DNA of 64,000 nt, from assembly GCA_963798215.1 (NCBI GenBank), contig CAWCSP010000004.1, forward strand, positions 339,880-403,879, in the 5' to 3' direction. Of this stretch, positions 49,567 through 57,876 are shown one piece after another. A program made the translations under genes and the position numbers. Source of the stretch: an uncultured Acidobacteriota bacterium. Its GTDB lineage: Bacteria > Acidobacteriota > Thermoanaerobaculia > UBA5066. Under the pieces are notes generated by a model. That model was not told where the DNA came from. It worked only from the letters and a program-made list of their open reading frames with translations, and ran no database searches. Position 1 is the stretch's first letter; each line of letters opens with the position of its first letter.

Positions 49567-50920
49567 TCAGGGGCTTGGACACGACGTACAGGAAGAACTT
49601 CAGCTTCGGGTCGAGCATTCCCGAGATCGCCATGACGTGGTCCTTCACGACGTTGCCCCAGTAGATCCCCTCTTTCTCGATCGTGAAGTAGTAGTGGTCG
49701 TCCCCGGCGGGAAGGCCCGAGGGGATGCGCTTGAGCATCTCGAGGTCGAGACCGAAGAGCCGCCGCTGCCGAAGCAGCGGAATGTCGCGCACGGCGCCGA
49801 CCTTCATCGTGTTGAGCCGCTCCTTCAGGTCGCGCTCGGGCAGGTCCGTCTCCACCGAGAGGAAGAACTCCGCCTCGCTCGTGAACCACTCCGGCTGCAG
49901 GTCCGCGGCGAGGAGGTCGTCTCTCAGGACGAACTCGACGCGGATGAAGCGCGAGGCGACGACCTTCTCCGTCAGGAGCTCGATGTTGTGGCAGAGGTCG
50001 AAAAAGCAGGGGCCGAGGCGGTCGTGGTCGTAAAGCGGAACCTTCAGGGGCCGCCGCCCCTCGTCGAAGATCGCGAGGTCCCCGAGGAGCCGGGCGAACT
50101 CGCAGTAGACCGGGAACGGATGGACACGCGGGATCCGCGTGAGCTGCTGGAGAACGTAGACGAAGCTGCCGAGGATCTTCAGCTTCATGAGCGTCTGCCA
50201 GCCCGAGGTCCCCTCCGATTCGATCGCGAGGCGTCCCGAAGCGACCTCGGTCAGGACGAGCCGGTGCTTGGCCTCGAGCCGGTTCGTGACGGATTCGCAC
50301 AGGGTCTGGAGGGCCTCGGACGCCCCGATCTCCGTCACGGGCGGGATGAAGTCCTTCGACAGGATCGGGAAGTTCTTTCCCTGGCCCGACCTCTCGACGA
50401 TCGCGAGCGGCAGGCACTCGTAGCCGTCCCGGTTCTCGTTGCCGAAGAAGAGGCGCCCGTTCACGAGGCGCGTCTCGACGGACTGGCGGTTCGCGCCGGT
50501 GTTCTCGTCCGGAACTTCGAGAACCTCGGCGGTCTGCCGGCGGTCCTGGCCGCGGCGGTCTTCGCCGGGGAAGAACGTGTTCGGCGCTTCCTCGCGGAAC
50601 ACGGGGATGCCGAGGAACACGTCCATCCGCCCGCCGGCCTGCTCGAGCTCGGCCTTGAACGGGCGGGGGAAGATCCGGAGGTTCCCGCCGGCCGAGAGGA
50701 TGGACCCGTCCTTCAGCTTCGCCTCGATGTCGCGCAGCTCGAAGACGAAGTTCTCGAGCTGGTCCGCCGCGACGTCCATTCGCGTGACGCCCCAGAAGAA
50801 CGGCTGGATCCGCCGCACCTCGTCGTGGAGCGTCTCCTCCCGGAAACGCTCCGCCGCCTGCAGGTGATGCGGCCGAAGGAACATTCCTTCGGCCCAGAGC
50901 ACAGGCCGGGACTTCTTCAC
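49550..50920 (-). CDS. tssK: T6SS baseplate TssK
   Basis: VLWAEGMFLRPHHLQ, FFWGV, HP...Y and P.YDH..LG.CF motifs. Confidence 0.95.
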   Translation of the reverse strand: MKKSRPVLWAEGMFLRPHHLQAAERFREETLHDEVRRIQPFFWGVTRMDVAADQLENFVFELRDIEAKLKDGSILSAGGNLRIFPRPFKAELEQAGGRMDVFLGIPVFREEAPNTFFPGEDRRGQDRRQTAEVLEVPDENTGANRQSVETRLVNGRLFFGNENRDGYECLPLAIVERSGQGKNFPILSKDFIPPVTEIGASEALQTLCESVTNRLEAKHRLVLTEVASGRLAIESEGTSGWQTLMKLKILGSFVYVLQQLTRIPRVHPFPVYCEFARLLGDLAIFDEGRRPLKVPLYDHDRLGPCFFDLCHNIELLTEKVVASRFIRVEFVLRDDLLAADLQPEWFTSEAEFFLSVETDLPERDLKERLNTMKVGAVRDIPLLRQRRLFGLDLEMLKRIPSGLPAGDDHYYFTIEKEGIYWGNVVKDHVMAISGMLDPKLKFFLYVVSKPLSATRG

Positions 50921-51390
50921 GGCTCGGCGATCGAGAATTCCCGGTCGCGGATCTGGACGTGAATCGTCTTGCCCTTCCACTGGTTCCGGCGCAGGACGAC
51001 GAGATAGCGCCCGGGGTCTTCGGTCTGGAAACGGTAGTCCGCGACGATCACGAGGAACGTGTCGTCCTTGCCCGCCGGGATCGTCAGCTCCGTCGCGCAG
51101 CGCCCGTCCGCCTGCGAGAAGGTCGCGGTCCGCGTCCGGTCCCTGAGGGAGTCCCGGAGCGGATCGTAGAACCACTTCTCGCGGAGGGCGCGGATCCTCT
51201 CGACCTCGGACTCGGTGGCCCGCACGGCGTCGACGGTCAGGAGCGTCCCCCCGTTGATCTCGGGCCCGCAGCGGAACGCGACCGTCGCCGCCGCGGAGCC
51301 GCATCCCGCCGCGAGCGCGGCGCCGGCGACCGCGAGGACGAGGGCGGCGAGTCGGGGGCCGCGGTCCGCGTTTCCGTGTGTGTTCGGCAT
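50917..51390 (-). CDS. tssJ: Lipoprotein, TssJ-like
   Basis: Lipobox LAAGC, IN.G, and FLVIVADY. Directly upstream of tssK. Confidence 0.65.
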   Translation of the reverse strand: MPNTHGNADRGPRLAALVLAVAGAALAAGCGSAAATVAFRCGPEINGGTLLTVDAVRATESEVERIRALREKWFYDPLRDSLRDRTRTATFSQADGRCATELTIPAGKDDTFLVIVADYRFQTEDPGRYLVVLRRNQWKGKTIHVQIRDREFSIAEP

Positions 51391-51395
51391 CGCGT

Positions 51396-53294
51396 CTACT
51401 TCCTCTTGTTGAGCTTCTGGAATTCCGTCTGCGAGACGTGCGCCGCGGCCTGAAGCACCTGGTCCTGGACGAGATCGGGGTTGAGGTCCTTCACGAGGTC
51501 GCGATACTGATTCCACCATTCCGCCGTCTCCCCGCGGAGCTTCCACCCCGCTCCCGCTTTCCCCGCTTCGATGACAGACGGGCTGATTCTCTTCCAGAGC
51601 CTGGTGAACCACAACCTCGGCGCCTCGTGGTGGCCCGCCGAGATCGCGATCTGCCAGCGCCGCAGCTCGGCGAGGTAGTCGCGCACGTCGTCCGGGTTCA
51701 CGTCCCTGCCCTCGGCCGCGGCGGCCAGGAAGCCGCTCAGGCGATCGCGGAAGTTCGGAAGCCGGAAGCTCGCAGTCTCGGCGCCCGGCATCGTCATCGC
51801 CTCGACGAGGCCGAGGGTGAACGTCTCGACGTCCTGGGCGAAGCGCAGGACGTCGCGCAGGACGGCGAGCCGGGGCTCGAGCGTCGGAGCCTTGCCGTCC
51901 TCGGGCGCCAGGAGAGCGCGCCACGGAACGGCGGTCATGGCCGCGGCCGCTTTCGGGACTGCCGTCGCGGGCCGCGCGGCCGCCTCGGCCTCGGCGAGGC
52001 GGCGTTCCAGCTCGGCCACGCGGCGCCGGAGCCGTAGCTCCTCGAGGTTCGGAACGTCGCCCGGCACGGTCACGGGGAACTGCAGCCGGAGCTGCTCGAG
52101 GACGCGCGGTCTCCTCTCCGGCGCAAGAGCGTGGAGCTCTCGCACGACGAGCGACTTGAGCGCCTCGCGCCGGTCGGCCGGCGTCGAAAAGCGGTAAGCG
52201 GCGCTCTCCCTCACGAGCTCGTCGGCCAGCTCGCGCGCCTTGCGGTCGAGGGCAACCTCGTCCAAGGTGAGCGGAGCGCCGGCGATGCCGGAGCCCGGTT
52301 CCGCGGCCGCGGGCCGAGGATCGTGCAGGGGCGGCTGCGCGCGCCGCGCGGCGGCCGCTTTCGGAATCGCCGCGGGCGCGGACGGGACGGCGGCGACGGG
52401 CCCGGGCGGCGCAGACGGGGCCGGAGGCCGCGCGGGCGGCGCCGGAGACGGTTCCTCGGAGGGTGCGAACGCGGGCAGCCGCCGGGCGAGCCACGAGCCG
52501 ACGGCGCTCTCCTCGTCCTGCCGCAGGAGCTTGAGCAGCTCGTGGCGAAGCGTCGTCTCGAGGTCCATCGCCGAGGATTCGATGCACCGACGCTGGCACT
52601 CCTCGATCAAAAAGCCGACCTTGGGCGAGAGGATCAGCTCGTCGGACCCGGTCTTGAGGCCGAGGGGCTGGAGGAAAAGGTCGTTCAGCCACTCGTAGGG
52701 CCCCGCGAAGAGACGCCCTTCCCACAGCTCCGTCAGGGCCTGCTCCCGTGACCAGTTCGCGTCCCTGAGGATGCGTTGAACGCTCGCGGTGCGCGAGCGC
52801 AGGAGCGCGTCGCAGAGGTGGCGGGTGTCGGCGAAGAGCTCTCCGCGCTGCGCGGCGGCCTCGCGGGCACCGCGCACGATGCTCTGGACGGCCGGGTCCG
52901 GCCACGCTTCGCCCCGCAGGACGCGGGGAAATGGCATCTCCGGGAGCGTCGCGTCGACGAGGCGGACCCTCACCGGCGTCGACGACACGAGGAAGACGTC
53001 CCCCGACCGGATCTCCACCTCTCCCTTGACCTGACCGGACTGGACCGAGGTCCCGTTCGTGCTGCCGTTGTCCTTCAGGAAGAGCCGCCCTCTCTCGAAG
53101 CGGACCTCGGCGTGAGCCGACGAAACTCCGTAGCCGTACGAAAGGACGAACTCGTTTCGCGTGCTCGTCTTCTTGTCCAGCGAAACCCGGCCGATGTGGA
53201 CGGTCGCGGGCTCGTCCGTGGCCGGTGTCACGTGACGGAGCCCTTCCATCGGCCCGAGCCAGACCTCGACCGCGACGAAGACGGGACGGCTCAC
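51396..53294 (-). CDS. FHA domain protein with a Clp N-domain-like module (TagH/Fha-like)
   Basis: FHA: IGR...GVSSAH...DNGSTNGT. Then IVRGAREAAAQRGELFADTRHLCDALL and LSPKV..LIE (Clp_N-like), a Pro linker and a helical C-terminus. Confidence 0.75.
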   Translation of the reverse strand: MSRPVFVAVEVWLGPMEGLRHVTPATDEPATVHIGRVSLDKKTSTRNEFVLSYGYGVSSAHAEVRFERGRLFLKDNGSTNGTSVQSGQVKGEVEIRSGDVFLVSSTPVRVRLVDATLPEMPFPRVLRGEAWPDPAVQSIVRGAREAAAQRGELFADTRHLCDALLRSRTASVQRILRDANWSREQALTELWEGRLFAGPYEWLNDLFLQPLGLKTGSDELILSPKVGFLIEECQRRCIESSAMDLETTLRHELLKLLRQDEESAVGSWLARRLPAFAPSEEPSPAPPARPPAPSAPPGPVAAVPSAPAAIPKAAAARRAQPPLHDPRPAAAEPGSGIAGAPLTLDEVALDRKARELADELVRESAAYRFSTPADRREALKSLVVRELHALAPERRPRVLEQLRLQFPVTVPGDVPNLEELRLRRRVAELERRLAEAEAAARPATAVPKAAAAMTAVPWRALLAPEDGKAPTLEPRLAVLRDVLRFAQDVETFTLGLVEAMTMPGAETASFRLPNFRDRLSGFLAAAAEGRDVNPDDVRDYLAELRRWQIAISAGHHEAPRLWFTRLWKRISPSVIEAGKAGAGWKLRGETAEWWNQYRDLVKDLNPDLVQDQVLQAAAHVSQTEFQKLNKRK

Positions 53295-55432
53295 GGCCGC
53301 CCCCCGGACGCGTGCTCGTCCTCGCGAATCTCGGCGAGGATCTGCTGAATCTCGAGATGGAGAGGCTGTCGCTCGAAGAGAAGGGACTGAAGCTCCGTGA
53401 GGATCCCGACGAGCTCGGGCAGGATCCGCTCGAGCTTCTCCTCCCGGAAGAGAGGATCGAAGTCGGCGGGTCCGGCCGCGACCGAGAAACCCGCCACCCG
53501 AGTCACGAGGCGCAGGGCGAGAAGAAGCGCCCGCTCCCAGAGCGCGTCAGGGATCGCGTTCGGCCGGTGGGCCTGGCGGTCGTTGCGGCCCCAGAAGACC
53601 TGCGTCCTCGAGAAGGCGGGCGCCGCGTCGGGAGCCCGCTTGAAAAGCGCCGCGAGCGAGACGTCCCGTCGGGCCTCCTGCGGCGCCCCGGCGATCTCCC
53701 GCCCGAGCCGGTCGGCCGCCTTGAGGACGGTGGCGAGGTCCTGGTCATCGTTCCGGAGCAGCAGGCGGAGAAGGGAAACGCCGAGAGCGTAGAGGTCGGT
53801 CGGCGTACCGAAGTCGGGGAAGACCCGATAGCGGGCGCCCGGGAGCCTCGTGCCGAGCGCGAGGCGGAGGCGCCGGAGGCCGCTCTCCTCCAGATCGAGC
53901 AGGTCGCTCGCGAACGCCGTCTCGTCCGCCCGGATCTCGCCGGGTGTCGCGCGGACGGCGAGGCCCGCGAATCCGAAACCGAGAGTCGGGTCCGGGAGCG
54001 ACACGAAGATCGTGTCGCGCGGCCGCGGCGCGGGGTAGAGGCCGTACGGGTCGGAGAGGCGGCCGCGGAGGCGGAAGCGCCTCGCGGCCGTGCCCTCCTC
54101 GTCGAGGTCCGTGAAGACGAACTCGCCCGGCCGGTACCCGGCGAGGCGGAACTCCTGGATCTCGGGGGCCGCGTAGGGAACGGTCAGCCCCTCTCCGGGC
54201 AGGACGACGGTGGGCGAGCCCGGAGCCGGGAGCGGGACCGCGGCTGCGGCGAGACCGTGGATCCGAACCTGGAACGTCCAGAGGACCGGGAGGCCGTCTC
54301 CCGCCCCCGAGAGCTCGAAGAGGAGGTGGCGCGGGTGGAGGTCGAGGTGCGGCCGCCCCGTGGACCGGTAATAGTCGATGAGCCCTTCGAGAATCTGCCG
54401 AAACGCGGCCAGCTTGAGGAACAGGATCTCCACGGCGTCGAAGCCCGAGCTCTCGGCGGGGAAAAGCAGCCTCCGGGCGGGCGCCGGCGGACGGGCGAGC
54501 CAGGCCCAGCGCGGAGGAAACGCGCCGCCGGCGTCCGGACCCGGCACGGGCAGGTCCTCCCAGGGGCGGCCGCCGAGCGTGTCGGCGAGAGCCTCGAGGT
54601 CGAGCGGCGAGGCCACGGTCAGGAGGAACGGCGACCCGTAGAAGGTCAGCGGCGTCAGGAGATCGCCGATCCCCGCGCCGGCGGGAGATCCCGGAGGAAG
54701 GGCGCGCACCGCTTTCGCGGTTTCCGCGCCGACGAGGGCGGCGGCCTCTTCCTCCGAGCAGACCTCGCGGAGCGCGCGGCCCAGGTCGTCGAGGAGGTCG
54801 GTAGCGGACCGGACTGCGGCCCCTGCCGCGGCAGCGGGGGACGTCGAGTAGACCGTGGGCGCATCGGGTCCGCGGCCGCAGGGCTCGCACCAGACGAAGC
54901 GCTTCAGAGTCGTGGCGAAGGCGGGGAGCCCGGCGGCGGCGAGCCAGGCCTCGTCGCGGCAGAGCGAGAGCGGGTGGCGGCAGCGCGGGCAGGGCGGCAC
55001 GAAAAACGAGCGGGCCGGACGTGAGTAGACGAGGGGCGGAAGACCGCGGGCGGTCTCACCCGGGCGCTCGTCCGCGCGGACGAGGCGCGGAAAGTGCGGC
55101 GACAGCGGGCGCAGCTCGAGGAGGCGCGCGTTCTCCCGTTCCCAGCGTTCCTCGAGGTCGCGGTTCGTCATGCCGAGGGTCGCCGGCGTCGCTCCGTCCG
55201 GCCAGGCGTCCGGCATCAGCTTGAGCGCGCAGAGCTCGATGAGCGTCCCGTCGTCCCCCTTGACCGCGGCGAGGTACACGCGCGCGAAGTCGTCCGCCTC
55301 CGAGAGACGCACCCAGGGGCTGCGCCCGCCGCCCTGGCCGGGAGTCTCGAGGACGACATGCAGGCCGAAAGGAGAGTCCACCTCTGCCCACGGCAGAAGT
55401 CGTGCGGTCTCGAGGCCCCCGGGTTCTTGCAC
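53291..55432 (-). CDS. Atypical kinase-like protein with Cys cluster
   Basis: CALK, CPRC...LCRD...CEPC, PHLDLHPRHLL, YAAPEI and DLYALG, separated by large insertions. Confidence 0.55.
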   Translation of the reverse strand: MQEPGGLETARLLPWAEVDSPFGLHVVLETPGQGGGRSPWVRLSEADDFARVYLAAVKGDDGTLIELCALKLMPDAWPDGATPATLGMTNRDLEERWERENARLLELRPLSPHFPRLVRADERPGETARGLPPLVYSRPARSFFVPPCPRCRHPLSLCRDEAWLAAAGLPAFATTLKRFVWCEPCGRGPDAPTVYSTSPAAAAGAAVRSATDLLDDLGRALREVCSEEEAAALVGAETAKAVRALPPGSPAGAGIGDLLTPLTFYGSPFLLTVASPLDLEALADTLGGRPWEDLPVPGPDAGGAFPPRWAWLARPPAPARRLLFPAESSGFDAVEILFLKLAAFRQILEGLIDYYRSTGRPHLDLHPRHLLFELSGAGDGLPVLWTFQVRIHGLAAAAVPLPAPGSPTVVLPGEGLTVPYAAPEIQEFRLAGYRPGEFVFTDLDEEGTAARRFRLRGRLSDPYGLYPAPRPRDTIFVSLPDPTLGFGFAGLAVRATPGEIRADETAFASDLLDLEESGLRRLRLALGTRLPGARYRVFPDFGTPTDLYALGVSLLRLLLRNDDQDLATVLKAADRLGREIAGAPQEARRDVSLAALFKRAPDAAPAFSRTQVFWGRNDRQAHRPNAIPDALWERALLLALRLVTRVAGFSVAAGPADFDPLFREEKLERILPELVGILTELQSLLFERQPLHLEIQQILAEIREDEHASGGRP

Positions 55433-55505
55433 TGCCGGGGATGATCGGATTCCCCCGGGGCGCCGTCAAGGCGCGGAGCGGGCGGGCGCGCCGGGTCGTG
55501 GGCGC

Positions 55506-56471
55506 TCAGACGTGGAAGATCAGCCGCTGCTTGCCGAGTACGACGACGTCGCCGTCCTCGAGACGCTGGTTCTCGACGAGCTTGCCGTTCACAGCCACGC
55601 CGTTCTCGGAGCCGAGGTCGGAGATGAAGCATCCGTCGGACGTGAGGGTGACCTGCGCATGCCGGCGCGAGACGTCGGGGGAGGGGAGCTGAAGATCGCT
55701 CTGCACCAGACGGCCGATCACCGAAACGCCGGGCTTCAGCGCGAATTCCTTCACGGGCTCGTCGCCGGCGAGAAGGGAAAGCCGCGCGCGCGGCAGGACG
55801 ACCGTTGCGCTGTGGGACGGCGGGGGCGTCTCGGAAGCGGAGGGAGCCGGCGCGCCGGGCGAGGGCACCCGCACGACGGTGATCACGGTGCCGTCCGGCG
55901 TGAGGCTGTCCGCGGCCTGGCGGGCGGCCACCGGCGCGGGCGGAGGAGACGGTGGCGGCGGCGGGGGCTGGGTCGATGGAGACGGAGACGGGGCAGGCCC
56001 CGGCGGCGGCGCCCCGGCCTCGAGCTCGTCCTCCGAGCGGAACGCGGCCACGAACGTATCGCGCACCCTGAGGACGTCCTCGAGGTCGCGGCGCTCGTCG
56101 GCGAGGCGCTTCTCGAAGCCGGCGATCTGCTTCGTGAACTCGTCCTCGGGGAACTCCCCGAGCTCCTCGCGGAACTCGAGCTCTTCCTTCTCGAGCGAGA
56201 GCTGCTCGACGGCACGTTCGACCGCGGCGCGCAGCACCTTGAGCCGCTGGTACTCGCGTTGTGCCTTCTCCTTGAGAGGCTGCGATTCGCGCGCGAGCTC
56301 GCCGCGGCGCGCTTCGTAATCGCTCTTCACGCGCGCGTAGACGACCGGCGAGACCTTCTGGTTCTTCGCCTCCATCTTCGCAAGGCGCTCCTCGAGGACC
56401 ATTTCTTCTTTGCGAATTCGAACGAGCTCGTCGATGGGGGAAAGGTCGATCTGCGTGAGTTCCGCTCGCAT
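55506..56471 (-). CDS. Coiled-coil plus C-terminal FHA domain protein
   Basis: IGR..SD.....DVSRRHA...DLGSENG..VNG. GGAG RBS before ATG 56471. The ORF extends in frame to the aguA remnant ATG at 56555. Confidence 0.85.
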   Translation of the reverse strand: MRAELTQIDLSPIDELVRIRKEEMVLEERLAKMEAKNQKVSPVVYARVKSDYEARRGELARESQPLKEKAQREYQRLKVLRAAVERAVEQLSLEKEELEFREELGEFPEDEFTKQIAGFEKRLADERRDLEDVLRVRDTFVAAFRSEDELEAGAPPPGPAPSPSPSTQPPPPPPSPPPAPVAARQAADSLTPDGTVITVVRVPSPGAPAPSASETPPPSHSATVVLPRARLSLLAGDEPVKEFALKPGVSVIGRLVQSDLQLPSPDVSRRHAQVTLTSDGCFISDLGSENGVAVNGKLVENQRLEDGDVVVLGKQRLIFHV

Positions 56472-56508
56472 CGAGGCGTCTCCAGGAGTTCCGAGTCTAG
56501 CGCCTGCC

Positions 56509-56574
56509 CCGGCCGCGCGGGGCGTCTCCCCGGGCGGCGGTTTCGGCGCGGGCATCGCGCCGGACTATAAAGGA
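56509..56574 (+). repeat. Right copy of 66-bp direct repeat (aguA 5' remnant, contains the SRPBCC stop codon)
   Basis: Encodes [16 protein letters not shown] on the minus strand, versus agu[17 protein letters not shown]. Confidence 0.92.
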
Positions 56575-57083
56575 AGGGGAGCGCCGAGCCCGTCGGCGTG
56601 CTTGCGCAGCGCGGTCAGCAGGTCGCCCCACCACAGCCCGATCATCCGGACGAACGCGGCGCCCTCGAGGCCGTGGCGCACGGGATGGCCCGCGGGGAGC
56701 GCGCTCCAGCCGAAATGGTGGACGGTGACGAGCGTGCCGTCACCCCGGGGGACGAATCGGATCGTGACGCGCGTCGCCTCGCCGGGCGCGAAGTTCACGC
56801 CGCGCCACTCGAGCTCGAGAAGCGACGGCGGCTCCCACGCCAGAACCCGGCCGATGGCGTGCGTACGCGCGTCGGGCGGCTCGCCCCAGGTTTCGAAGAG
56901 GCGGCCGCCCGGCCCCGGCTCGAAGCCGAGCGTTCCACGCCGCGTCCCCGCGATGCGGAAGCGCGGCCCCTGCCGCCACCAGAGGTCTGTCTCCTTCGTG
57001 AAGACGTCCCACGCGGTGGCGGGAGGGACGGCGACGAAGACCGACACGCGCGCCGCGTCGCCGGGAGGAGGAGTTGCGGTCAC
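56565..57083 (-). CDS. SRPBCC/AHSA1 (START-like) domain protein
   Basis: AWDVFT....WW, GRVLAWEPP, T.VTV.H.GW and WWGDLL motifs. Coupled to ArsR. Confidence 0.85.
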   Translation of the reverse strand: MTATPPPGDAARVSVFVAVPPATAWDVFTKETDLWWRQGPRFRIAGTRRGTLGFEPGPGGRLFETWGEPPDARTHAIGRVLAWEPPSLLELEWRGVNFAPGEATRVTIRFVPRGDGTLVTVHHFGWSALPAGHPVRHGLEGAAFVRMIGLWWGDLLTALRKHADGLGAPLPL

Positions 57084-57424
57084 CGCCTCTTCTTCCCGTG
57101 GGCGCGCTCGGCGTGCCGCTTGAAGGAGGCGAGCTCGAGCGTCCAGAACTTCTCGACGTCCGCGACCCACGCCCCGAGCGCATCGAACGGACCGGGCCTG
57201 AGGCGGTAGACGCGGACGCGGGCGTCGCCCGCCTCGGCGCCGTGCGCCTCCTCGACGAGGCCGGTCTCCCGGAGGACGCGCAGGTGACGGCTCATCGCGG
57301 GGGCGCTCAGGCCGAGGGACGCAGCGAGCTCGCCCGCGCGCCGGGGCTTCACCCGCAGGAGGTCCACGGCGCCGCGGCGCGCGGGGTCCGCGAGCGCGGC
57401 GAGCGTCCCGTCGAGTCCGTTCAT
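57080..57424 (-). CDS. ArsR/SmtB family transcriptional regulator
   Basis: ALADPARR...L and S.PAMSRHLRVLRETGLV motifs. Confidence 0.9.
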   Translation of the reverse strand: MNGLDGTLAALADPARRGAVDLLRVKPRRAGELAASLGLSAPAMSRHLRVLRETGLVEEAHGAEAGDARVRVYRLRPGPFDALGAWVADVEKFWTLELASFKRHAERAHGKKRR

Positions 57425-57875
57425 CCCTTCGGCTTCGGGCTGCGGAGGCGCTGGGAGAACCACCAGTGGTGGCCGCCGACATCCACGCACTCGTAGCTCT
57501 TGTCCGACCAGTAGTCCTCGCCGTAGTCCGAGACCTTCGGCTCGACGACGATCCGGGCACCCTTCGCCCGCGAGCGCGCGCAGTGGGCGTCGATGTCGTC
57601 GACGTACATGAACAGGTTCTGCGTGTTCCCGCCGCCTACCTGTCGGGGACTCCGGATCTGCGGGTATTTGTCGGCCTTCTCCGCGCCGGCGACCATGATG
57701 ACGCCTTCGCCGTAGACGAGCTCGGAGTGCTCGATGCGCCCGCCGTCGCCCTCGACCTTGAGGCGCACTTCGAAGCCGAACGCGTCGCAGAGCCAGTCGA
57801 TCGCGGTCGCCGCGTCGTCGTAGTAGAGGGAGGACGAGATGCGGGGCCAGCCGGGGGGGTCGGTTTCATGGGCAT
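57421..57875 (-). CDS. VOC/glyoxalase family protein, frameshift in a C7 tract (57853-57859)
   Basis: MPMKPTP / GWPRISSSLYYDDATAAIDWLCDAFGFE...HSEL...YVDDIDAH...GHHWWFSQ. One extra C restores the frame. Confidence 0.8.
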
Positions 57876-57876
57876 C

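Larger units (their letters stand above)
12057..56574. mobile_element. T6SS genomic island inserted at the aguA 5' end
   Basis: All T6SS and signalling genes lie between the two 66-bp repeats and housekeeping genes lie outside. No integrase recognised. Confidence 0.7.

Noticed and set aside
57853-57859. G7/C7 tract frameshifting the VOC gene as phase variation
   Set aside because: Short tract in an ordinary cytoplasmic gene. A homopolymer sequencing error is more likely given other indels.
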